A DNA stretch of 64,000 bases, taken from positions 29,140,001-29,204,000 of the forward strand of contig CM120642.1 in assembly GCA_051362555.1 (NCBI GenBank). Direction: 5' to 3'. Shown piece after piece: positions 26,601 through 37,900 of this stretch (positions are counted from its first letter, which is position 1; every line of letters begins with the position of its first letter). A program made the position numbers and the translations under genes. The DNA is from Lingula anatina. Taxonomy: Eukaryota; Animalia; Brachiopoda. The notes under the pieces are model-generated. The model made no database searches and was not told the DNA's origin. It saw nothing but the letters and a program-made list of their open reading frames with translations.

Positions 26601-27134
26601 ACTGGCAGAGATAGGTCCATAGTTACTATTGAAGTTGAATAGGAAGTCATATACTGGCAATCTTACTGTGACCTTGAAATTGACCTTTGACCTACTTTTC
26701 ACCATGAACTGAACTTTGCAAATTTTGATTCCCTTTTATCTCCAAAACTGGCAGAGATAGGTCCATAGTTACTATTAAACTTGAAAAGGAAGTCATATAC
26801 TGGCAATTTACTGTGACCTTGAAATTGACCTTTGACCTACCTTACGATGAATTAACTTTGATTGTACCATTTTAAATTATATATATTTTTTGCATATTTT
26901 GAAAATTCTTGTTGATTGCATTTTTACAGCTTGTCAAGCACAAGACTGGTGGCTGTGTCCCTTACTTTGTGTATGTGGGGGTCTATACGAATGCGCTTGC
27001 TCCAGCTGGTGGTACAATATTCGGAGGCGGTATCGCCTCTCTGATCCTCTAGTTTTTTCTTATTTCATTATGTTGCAGATGTCAGTGCAGGTATAGCTAG
27101 TCTGGATCTGGAAGCCGACGAGAACTGGGGATAG
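15452..27134 (+). CDS. MAEL: Protein maelstrom homolog (~676 aa); exons 15452-15583, 16326-16442, 16663-16747, 17099-17245, 17469-17510, 17795-17928, 18576-18778, 19264-19326, 19842-20094, 20353-20527, 20888-21073, 21267-21377, 22311-22364, 22927-22989, 23311-23520, 27079-27134
   Basis: N-terminal HMG box (RNGFYFYM...HPRWKMLSEQDKARYEQMAKEWK). MAEL domain with EHHCHC-type residues (FIPVEVGLIEYSL, HLHRMIEPG, SDETHQIP, RCDYHE...KHCAL). Sixteen phase-compatible GT-AG exons total 2031 nt and end in TAG. The small tail exons are less certain than the core. Confidence 0.9.
18057..18265 (-). mobile_element. Harbinger/Tourist-like MITE, family 1 copy (in MAEL intron)
   Basis: Same internal sequence as the other family-1 copies. 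TIR GACTGCATTCCCA...TGGGAATGCAGTC. Flanks TAA/TTA. Confidence 0.85.
21535..22088. mobile_element. 554-bp foldback/MITE with ~152-bp near-perfect inverted arms (21535-21687, 21937-22088) in MAEL intron 12
   Basis: The arms are reverse complements with few mismatches. The element is CpG-rich inside a CpG-poor gene body. GAGC termini with TAA/CAA flanks suggest Harbinger. Confidence 0.85.
23797..27052 (+). mobile_element. HINE/DINE-1-like (Helentron-associated) non-autonomous element carrying internal satellite arrays
   Basis: 5' subTIR TATTGTACCACCAGC (23804-18) with an adjacent inverted copy (23825-36). (TCCGCCGGC)x6 at 23863-23916. Perfect 3' subTIR GCTGGTGGTACAATA (27005-19). 3' hairpin GAGGCG-GTAT-CGCCTC (27024-39). 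CTAG end followed by a T-run. Confidence 0.8.
24531..26840. repeat. Higher-order tandem array: three ~290-bp spacer blocks, each followed by 146-bp monomers (x5, x3, x~1.7)
   Basis: Monomer starts at 24823, 24968, 25114, 25260, 25406; 25855, 26001, 26147; 26591, 26737. The spacer AGTTACGCTGTATC... recurs at ~24531, 25561 and 26301. Confidence 0.92.
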
Positions 27135-29309
27135 AAACGGCCTTGACCTCAGCCCACAGCTGCAAGGCCTGACTGACACTTTGGTATGGTGTCTGCAACA
27201 CTTCCCAGAGATTTTGTATCTCTTACCAAAGAGATTTTTATCATTTGTCTTTTAATTGTAGTTGTCACTGTTGTTATTAAGGACCTTTTGTCTCCGAGAG
27301 GTTGAGACGTATGAAGTGTTCCAGTATTCTTTTAGTGTAGCAGAAATATGTATCTTTTTCTCTTCATCATCCTTGAATGCTAGAATTTTAACACCGTAAA
27401 GGCATCAATTCATTTGTAGGTTTTAAAAAAGAAAAATTAATATTGCTTTAATTGTTGTAAGGATGGTATTTTTATGTTGAAGGACTGTTACAGTTTCTTT
27501 GAATATCCCCAAAACCTGCGTCTTTATACTTCTTCCCCAAATTTCCCAGTTCTTTGAAATGTGAATTAACACATAGTTCAGTTTTACTCTGAAAGGGGTG
27601 TGCTTTCTCATATAAAGAAGGGTTTTTAAATAAATGTTGGAAATAAAAGGCGCACTTACTAGGTTTCAGACTTAAAAAAGCATAAGAATTGATCCAGAAT
27701 GCAACTTGCTTTCCTCTCAACTTGGGAAAATTTCATGTACCACGTGTACCAATTTTTTTTTAAAGTTTTTATTTGAGAGGTTTCTCCACAAACTATATAA
27801 GCATTTCTTGGTGGATGAAGTGAACTTTGTCATTTTTATTACACAATTCAGTTCTTGGAAAATACTGCAAGAGGATAACGTGACTGTACTTAAACTTGTA
27901 CATCTTCACCACTTTTATAATCCTGAAACCTTACTTCGGTGTCAGACTTTAAGTTAATGAAAAATTTATATATATTTTTTTTTTGTTATAACATTTGGTG
28001 TTTCTACTATTATAAGTGCAGTAAATACCATAACTTGCTGTAGCCAATATATATGTATATTGTATTTTTCTCATTCGAATGTTTTAATGCACAGTGCAGT
28101 TCAAATGAAAATGCAACAAAAGTTTCACAGTAAGTTCTCTTTTTATTAGACCATTAATTTGCACCTGTTGGCTGGTAAGGTAAAAGTTGTTAAAATGAAT
28201 AAATATATTTTATTATAAATCTTATATGATATTACTGAAATATTTCAGAATTACAATTCACGCAAGAAATGGGCACCGTGACTAGTTATGACGCTGACCC
28301 ACACACTTGGATAGTGACCAATTAATTTTTGTTCTCTTTTGGACTTTTCTAAAAAAATTGACTCTCACGCAAAGCAAGTGTATTTTTAGAGAAAAAAATC
28401 ACAGAAGATTAACATGAGGCTATAAAAATGCTTTCTCAAACTGTTCAGAAAGAAGAGATTACATTTCCTAGTGCCCATCAATAAAAGTCTACTTTCTGTT
28501 GTATAATGAATACCACCTGGCCACTCTAAAAAAATGTCTAACGAACAGATCATCTCTTTTTAGGAGACATTCTTATCTTAGAATTGTGCTAAACAAAAGA
28601 TCAAACCAGTATTTTTAAAAACCATATGTTAAAATACTCAGATCCTAGATGACAAGTAGCTATAAATTATTTTGGTTATGAAACATAAAATCTTAATAAC
28701 CACAAGATCCAGCATTTGTTGATAAAAAGTTTAGATTCCAGAAAAAAATGACTATAAAACTCTGTCATGTGAACTTCTAATCCTAAAATCATAAATTTAA
28801 GACAAAAGGTATCTCCAGTACTTTGAAACCCATCATGCTGATAAAAATTTAAATGCTAGAAAACAAGAAACTTAAAAACTGACAGTAACAGCAAAATCTT
28901 TCATTTGAAATGTACAAGGACTGGTGAGGAGTTATTCCAAGAGCAGTTAATCTCAGGTGAGAGTTGGAAACTTGTAAATGTGCCAATCATCCAAATGTTA
29001 TACATAATAATATCTTGAAAAATTGTTAAAAGACAAGGCCTTTAGCCTCTATCTTTACTCCTCAGTCAACAAATGCCCTGTATGATGTAAAAAGTAAATT
29101 TGGTAGATACTGGGAGCATACTGCCAATGTTGTATAATCTACCCAAACTAATAAAAAATTAAAGACGTCATGTTTGAGTAACTGTGCATAGAGTTAAGGC
29201 CTCAGTCTTGTTAAGCTTCTTTTGTAAACTTACAAAATATGTTACGTAAAATTCAACTGCTATTACATAAATCAAAACATGCTCAAATCATATATATCGT
29301 TCATATGCA

Positions 29310-32300
29310 AAACACACCTATCAAAGGACAATTGCACTGAAATGGTAACCGACACTTGACGCGAAAGTTATGTAAAATTCCACTAATTAAACATAACCTA
29401 ACTTTACCTCCCCTACGTACACCACACACACCTTCATAGCACTAAGATTGTAATTAACACTTACAGTCTAGCTAATTTGTAAATTTGCTGACACCCTTCC
29501 TTGACAATTAGTTCTGATTTGATAACTACTGGAAAACACCCGTGGTTATACAATGTGGAATGACAGGAAAACAAGTTACACAACATAGAAAATTTGCTGT
29601 GTAAGTGTCTTCCTGGGGCCCATTTCACACACACACAATATTACTCCCTGAAAAAGAGGGGTAAACTTTTAGGCTAAAATTATTGTTTACTTTGACCTAA
29701 GATAAAGTAAAAAAAAATAAATAAATAAAAGCCAGGAAATTGGTTTTAGAGATTGGTTTTAGGCCAATATGTGCTTAATCAGAAATCTTTTATGCTAAAC
29801 AAGCCTGTAAAGGACCTTTGCACTGAAATGGCAACCTATAGACTTGTTAATTTGAAAAGTAGCTGACACCATTCCATGAAAATTAGTTTTGATTTTATAA
29901 CAACTGGAAAACATCCAAGTTATGCAACATGAAAAATTTGCAGTGTAGGTGTCTTTCTGGGGCCCATTTCACAAAAAGAAAAATTGGTCTGTACTTTTAG
30001 GCTAAAATGACTGTTTACTTTGACTTAAGATAAAGCCAAAAAAATGAAAGCCAGGAAATTGGTCTAATCTTTAAGGCCAACATGTGCTTAATCAGAAAAC
30101 CCTTTTATGCAGAACAAGCCTGCAAAGGACTACTGCACTAAAATGGTAATTAACAGACTTGTTAATTTGAAAATTAGCTGACACCATTCCATGAAAATTA
30201 GTTTTGATTTTATAACAACTGGAAAACATCCAACTTATGCAACATGAAAAATTTGCAGCGTAGGTGTCTTTCTGGGGCCCATTTCACAAAAAGAAAAAAA
30301 TACATTTAAAATTGGTCTGTACTTTTAGGCTAAAATGACTGTTTACTTTGACTTAAGCCAAAAAAATGAAAGCCAGGAAATTGGTCTAATCTTTAAGGCC
30401 AACATGTGCTTAATCAGAAAACCCTTTTATGCAGAACAAGCCTGCAAAAGACAACTGCACTTAAATGGTAATCTACAGACTTCTTCATTATTTAATTTGC
30501 TGACACCATTTTATGAAAATTAGATTTGATTTTATAACAGGAAAATATCCAAGTTTTATAACATGGACAATTTGGTGTGTAGGTGTCTTTAGGCCCATTT
30601 CATGAAAAAAAAAAAATTAAACCTCCAATGGGACTCCATTAAGACTTATTTTTTAGGCTGAAATTATTGTCTACTTTAACCTAAAGTTTAAAAGAAATTA
30701 AAGCCAGGAAATTGGTCTAATCTTGAAAGCCAATATGTGCTTAATCAGAAATTTCTTTTATGCAGAACAAGCCTGCAAAGGACTACTGCACTAAAATGGT
30801 AATTAACAGACTTGTTAATTTGAAAAGTAGCTGACACCATTCCATGAAAATTAGTTTTGATTTTATAACAGCTGGAAAACATCCAACTTATGCAACATGA
30901 AAAATTTGCAGCGTAGGTGTCTTTCTGGGGCCCATTTCACAAAAAGAAAAAAATACATTTAAAATTGGTCTGTACTTTTAGGCTAAAATGACTGTTTACT
31001 TTGACTTAAGATAAAGCCAAAAAAATGAAAGCCAGGAAATTGGTCTAATCTGCAAAGGGCAACTGCACTAAAATGGTAATCTACAGACTTCTTCATTATT
31101 TAATTTGCTGACACCATTCCATGAAAATTAGATTTGATTTTATAACAACAGGAAAATATCCAAGTTATATAACATGGACAATTTGGTGTGTAGGTGTCTT
31201 TGGGAGCCATTTCATGAAAAAAAAATTAAACCTCCAATGGGCCAACATGTGCTTAATCAGAAAACCCTTTTATGCAAAACAAGCCTGCAAAGGGCAACTA
31301 TACTAAAATGGTAATGAACAGACCTCTTCATTATTTAATTTGCTGACACCATTCCATGAAAATTAGATTTGATTTTATAACAACAGGAAAATATCCAAGT
31401 TATATAACATAGACAATTTGGTGTGTAGGTGTCTTTGGGGGCCATTTCATGAAAAAAAAAAAGAAAATAAATAAATAAATCCAGAAAAATAGGACTTATT
31501 TTTTAGGCTGAAATTATTGTCTATTTTAGCCTAAAATTTAAAAGAAATTAAAGCCAGGAAATTGGTCTAATCTTAAAGGCCAATATGTGCTTGATATGAA
31601 ATTCCTTTTTATGCAGAACAAGCCTGCAAAGGGCAACTGTACTTAAATGGTGATTAACAGACTTACAAATCCGAATTTGTCACCATTTCATGAAAATTAG
31701 ATTTGATTTTATAACAGGAAAACATCCAAGTTATGCAACATGGAAAATTTGCTGTGAAGGTGTGACAAAGGCAAGAAAAAAAATAAAGCCAGGAAATTGG
31801 TATAATCTTAAAGGCCAATATGTGCTTAATCAGAAGTCCCTTTTATGCAGAACAAGCCTGCAAAGGACTACTGTACTAAAATGGTAATTAACAGACTTAC
31901 AAATTTGAAATTTGTCACCATTCCATGAAAATTAGATTTGATTTTATAACAGGAAAACATCCAAGTTATGCAACATGGAAAATTTGCTGTGAAGGTGTGA
32001 CAAAGCCAAGAAAAAAATGAAAGCCAGGAAATTGGTTCAATCTTTAAGGCCAACATGTGCTTAATCAGAAGTCCCTTTTATGCAGATTAAGCCTGCAAAG
32101 GGCAACTGTACTAAAATGGTAATGAACAAACTTACACATTAGAAATTTTGTCACCATTTCATAAAATTAGGTTTGATATCATAATAGGAAAACATCCAAG
32201 TTATATAACATGGAAATTTTGCTGTGTAGGTGACTTTCTGGAGCCACATTTCATGAAAAAAAAATCCTACCCTGAGGTATAATATTTTAGACTAAAATTA

Positions 32301-32520
32301 CAACGTTGACCTAAGATAAAATCAAGAAAAAAATTAAAGCCAGGAAATTGGTCTAATCTTTAAGGCCAACATGTGCTTAAACAAAAATCCCTTTCATACA
32401 AAACAAGCCAGCAACTTCACTGAAATGATAATTTACAGACTAACTACTTTGTAAATTTGCTGTCCCCATTCCATAATAATAAGTTTTGATTTTATAACAA
32501 TAGAAAAACAAGTTATACAA
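29310..32520. repeat. Intergenic tandem array, variable ~235-330-bp unit, about 10 copies
   Basis: Anchor GCCAGGAAATTGG at ~29731, 30050, 30372, 30703, 31031, 31553, 31788, 32023 and 32340. Edges are degenerate. Confidence 0.9.
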
Positions 32521-32555
32521 GTTTATCTTAGAGCACTTTCAGAACAGCAGACTAA

Positions 32556-32780
32556 GGGTGCATTCCCAGAGATTTAGATCGATCCAGAGATTAAGATTTA
32601 GATCGATCTAACTCCCTGGGGGTTCACGCTAAATTGCAGTCAGCCGAGAGCGCACCATAGTTGATTACCTCCTTACAGCTTTTAGAAGGCGGGATAGACG
32701 CTTAAGCCAGCTAAGCTGACAGTAATCTAGTGAGACTCCCCACAAGGATGGATCCATCTAAAATCTATGGAAATGGGGTC
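32556..32780 (+). mobile_element. Harbinger/Tourist-like MITE, family 1 copy
   Basis: GGGTGCATTCCCAGAGATTTAGATCGATC...ATCTATGGAAATGGGGTC; flanks TAA/GAA. Confidence 0.88.
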
Positions 32781-34102
32781 GAACAGTGCATTCACAACAG
32801 CAGACTACAGATCAGCGGATCAAATATGTAGTTAACAGGTTCACAAGGGTAAGTTATACCTCTACTGTTTACAGATTCAACTTTTTATCTCCAATCCATT
32901 GATCATTTTCTCAAAAACAGAAGGAGATTCTGACAGAGAATAACTTTAAAGTTGGTTTGTGCTATATACCTGTACCACAAAAGTGGCCGACAATGGTGTT
33001 GTTGCCAAGAGAATGTCACTTTCATCACGTTTTTCCACTGACGATACAAATAATACAAACAATATTGTATAAGTCACTTGTTTCATAAAGGCAATATACT
33101 GGCTATGGTTTCATAAGCAGTTTGATAACCAAAACCACTTTTGAAATGTAGAAGATGGTTGTTGGTTAACAAAGCTTTTATTTTACCTAAAGAAACCAAA
33201 CATGGGATTTGGGGACAAAACATGAAATGAATATTAAATATTCTGCTGTTTGAAGCCATGTCTTTATACTTCAATTTTTCAATAATCAACCTATGAAACT
33301 CCTAAATCAAAAACACCTTAAATTTTAAAGCCCATATTATCCTTTGTTTTCTTAAAGGACATAGCTTCAGGAACACACATAATTGGCATTTTCAATTCAA
33401 ACCAAAATTCAAATTTTAAGGAGGGGTATTGCTTTTTTGAAATATACAATTAATATTTTCCTCAAAATAAAAAAAAAGCTATAATTCAATGAGTGAGTTC
33501 TGAATGAATCAACAGTTATTAAGACCACCATGTCTTCCTGTAGATTTCAGAAGAAGAAAAATGAGTAGTTTTTGCAAGATTTGTAGGCAGAAAATATGAC
33601 TTGGGACATCTTTAAACATTGATGGTGTACCTTCAAACATAAAAGGCTACCTCCTAAGCAAAGGGGTAGATAAAAGCAAAAAAAATCCCATGTTAGGCTC
33701 TTTTTGTGTTAATAGAATTAATTACTTCATATACTGTAATATTTTAGTGAGTATCTAAAATGACACATAATAAACTATGATGTCTCTTAAATAAAATAAG
33801 ACATATATGCTAAATACATAAATTACCATCACAGGCTAAAATACTATTCTATAGGTTAAAAATGTGTTTGTTAAAATACACATAATTATAAACTTAAGGT
33901 TTCACAAAGCTAGTTTAATTTTCTCATAATACTGTAAACTATCATTTTTCCAAAAAAAAGTTGTTCCTTCATAAGCACCTTCTTTTAAATTTTGGCTAAA
34001 TAAATGTGATAACAGAATCAAGCTGTAAAGCACCAGATTATTCAATTATAATATACAGCTATGGGGAATTCTCCTGGATAACTCCCAGCACAAGGAAACA
34101 GA

Positions 34103-34672
34103 CTAATTGCATTTCTGTTGTGCGGCAGTGACTGCATCATGGACAGTAAGGTACACCACTGACATGCTGTTTTTCTCAAAGAATCCAGTTTTGTCCAACA
34201 ACTCTAGAACACTAGCTGTTAAAAAGATTAAAAAACACCTCTGTCAAAATGTATGTACAAATATGTCATGAAGAGTTACTTTTATCAGAAATTATTTTTA
34301 TCCTACCCAAATGTTTTTGCAACAAAATTACACCTGTAAGCCAAATCATTTTCATGGAGAGTTCCTTTTTATTCAAATTAGTCAAAGTATTCTACACTAA
34401 AGGATACTGACAAATAATTTACAGTAGTTTTTTCAATTAAAAATGCCTCAACTACTTTGATGATCTCCCAATATCTTCTATCTGTGTCCTAGGATTGGGA
34501 AGCAAAATCTAAAACTGTCTAGAGGTTGAAATTTGTAAGAAATATGGGTTCAGCAGAAGTGGCATTAGATAAAATGGTGAAAACTACCATACACAAAGAT
34601 GTTTTACAGTTGTTACTCATGTGTAGATCTGTCCTCAGTAGAACTACGCAATTGACTTATTATTATATCAAA

Positions 34673-34730
<58 letters not shown>

Positions 34731-34948
34731 GCACTGTTCCAGTTACTTACATTTACAGTTGGCTAGGAATATTGAAATTCCAACATCTCCATACTCTGCC
34801 ACCACCTGAAATAGTTGAAAAAGTCATATACTTAAAAACAGAAGTTAAACTGAAGGGTGATGCATCTGTGTTAATATTCAACGGTTAACATGTAATGTTG
34901 CCAACACATTAGAACATTAATTCACTGCATGAAGTCCAACCAACTGCA

Positions 34949-34998
<50 letters not shown>

Positions 34999-37900
34999 CA
35001 ACTTTTGAAACTAGATCAAGAATAATTATAATGATAATCACAGGTGCCCCCTCCCCAAGTAGCCGAAATCGTTCCCTTTTTTACTGGTCTAATAAGGTTA
35101 AATGTGACTTTGACTTTGACCTTTTGCCCTCAAAATTGATAAAATTGTCAAACTAGTTAAACCAAAAGGCATGTGCAAAAATACACTCTACTTTTTGGAA
35201 TATCTTCAAGGGGGTCATACAAGTAACAATACTGATTAAGCTATTTCAAAGTGCTATAACAAGGGCAAATCCAGAGATATTTTCTGAGTCTTCCAAATTA
35301 TCTTAGTTGAAACATCCTCCATTTTTGACTGTCTTCCAACAGAAAAAATTAGATACCAGTCAATGTGAACTTGAAAAAATTCTGACAGTCTTCCAGAAGA
35401 CCCATAAGTTGGTTTCTGTCTGCCCCTGTGTTACTTTATGATCCTGGCCCTCAAACATGCTAAATGACTGATTCAGACCTTCAAAATTATCTTCTTAACA
35501 ATCCTAAGGAAGACATCCTTACTTGTGTGATAACTTTCGCCCCCAAAGCATCTATGTATGTAAATGCCTCACAATCCAAAATGATATGGTGCACAGGGAG
35601 ATCTGACTTGGGGCTGTCTGCATCTCCACTATAGGTGTCGCCAGTGGTATCCCCCATCTCTAAGGCAATAGGGACGGTCGTTTGGTCTTCTGCCTGAAAA
35701 AATGTGATTTTGAAAAAAATAAAGTAACCAAAGATAATCAAAAGAAGAAAAGTATACCACGATTAACTGTTTGTTTATGGACAAAGTGTCGCATTCTAAA
35801 CACACTTTTAATACATTCTGTAAACCACTTCTTGTTGAACTTCTCTGAAGACAAGTAGTATGTACTTTTTGGTCATATTTTAACAGATAGGTACCATGCA
35901 TAAATACCACAAAATACACAATTTTGTCCCTTCTAAATGAACCCTGCAGTCTATCAACCAGCTTGACCCAGTTTGAAAATGTTCGAAATCCACACCCTGG
36001 TTTGAGCATTGCAGTTCAAATGGAATACGGCGTAATTTGAAAAAACAATAATTATGACTGGGTTATGGACTTTTAATTTTAGTGGATTGTAAGGACTGTG
36101 GTTATTATAAATGACTGGAAAGTAGCATTAAAGGTTGCTTAATTGGACAAAATTACTGTTTCCTTTTCTTATTAATTTTTTTTGGGGGGTGGGAGGGGGG
36201 CTTACACTGTGCACCTTAAACATTATTTTCTAATTTCATTTTATTTATTAAGCTATCCTTCACCAGAAAATGGTTAATGAAATGGTTAAAAAAAACATTT
36301 TGAAAACATCATTATATGCATTTAAATCTAATCAGATAAAAACACAATAAAAGTGAATGTTCTCTTGTCATTTTGGTTGAAGTATCTCTTTATAAAAAAT
36401 TAATTAAAAATATACACAGTTACAGGGGAGAGCAATTTTTTATACAGGTGATATCATATAAAAAACTACATGTGAATTTCAATTTTCTCCCCTTTTCTAA
36501 CATCCCATTTCCATAGATTTTTAGATCGATCTATCCCTGTTGGGAGTCTCACTAGATTACTGTCAGCTTGGCCGGCTTAAGCGTCTGTTTCGCCTACTAA
36601 AAGCTGTAAGGGGGTAATTAACTATGGTGCCTGCTCGGCTGACTGCAATTTAGCGTGAACCCCCAGGGAGTTAGGTCGATCTAAAACTTAATCTTTAGAT
36701 CGATCTAAATCTCTGGGAAAGCACCCTAAAACTAAACTTGGTATCTACATTAGTGTTATAAGAAATGTTATGAAGAATTTCAAGTTCCATTATAATTATA
36801 TGCATTGTAATAATTTGTTAAACGTAGAAAAGAGAGTGATTACAGTATTTAATACTGAGATGTCAAAGTGAATTTCTGAAGTATAGGCATTACCAGGCTG
36901 TCTGCAAAGTCAGCAGCGACTACAGTACATCACATAACTCCAGTAAGTATAGTTGCTGATAAAGGAAATAAAAGGCTCAGTTAGATAAGTTGCTAAAAGA
37001 AACAAATTATGACTCAGTTGGATTAGTTGCGCATGAAAGAAATATTCATCCTTGAAACAAACAATGAGAGAAACATAAACATATGGAGACATACATCTTC
37101 ACATGTACATAACCAAGCATACTTTATTGGGTAAAGCCTGTGCTTTAGTTGTCTGTTCTGCGTCGAAATTCTTCACATCTTCTGCCTGAAAAAAATGAGT
37201 ATTATTTGGAAAAACAAATTAAAATGAACAGAGCCAGTATGAGTTTTTTGTGGGACTATTCTTCACTGTGCTCATTTCACATTATTTTCTTATTTTATCA
37301 TATTTAAATATTTGTCACAATGGTGAACATGAATGAAACATTACATAAAACATCATTATTTGCATTACAACATAATCTTTTACAAAACTTATAAGAAAGC
37401 CATAAAATTAAATGTTCTTTTGTGATTTTGGCTGTAGTTGATCTCAATTAAAACTTTTCATGTCTACAAAAATATCTGTAAGAAGGCTAACTGCCACTGA
37501 CTAAAGTACAGAACTAAGTAGATAAGTCACTGACAGTAAAGACTGTTATGGGGGCTATGCTTTATTTTTAGTTAAAGGGATAACAACTCTTCATTTAAGA
37601 CACATATCTCTCAATGAATAAATTGTAACCAACTCATAGACATGAAATAAATTCTATTTTACCACCACAACTGCGATTATTCTGGAATCTGTGCTTGCCA
37701 TCTGACCACCTCCATATATGACTACCCTCTGTTATGGTCTCTCAAATAATTATTTAAAAAGAGACTACCTTTGAATGTGAGGAACAGATTCATTAACCAA
37801 TGGTAAGTATGGGAAAATTGTCATCTACCCCAGGAAAATCCATTTTATGACCAAAATAAGCAGCTGTTATTCCTTTCATTGTCTGTAAGCTGGGTGTGTA

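Noticed and set aside
24531-32520. Regular repeats as a CRISPR-like array
   Set aside because: Units are 146-330 bp, contiguous and lack unique spacers. There are no cas genes and the context is eukaryotic. These are satellite/TE arrays.
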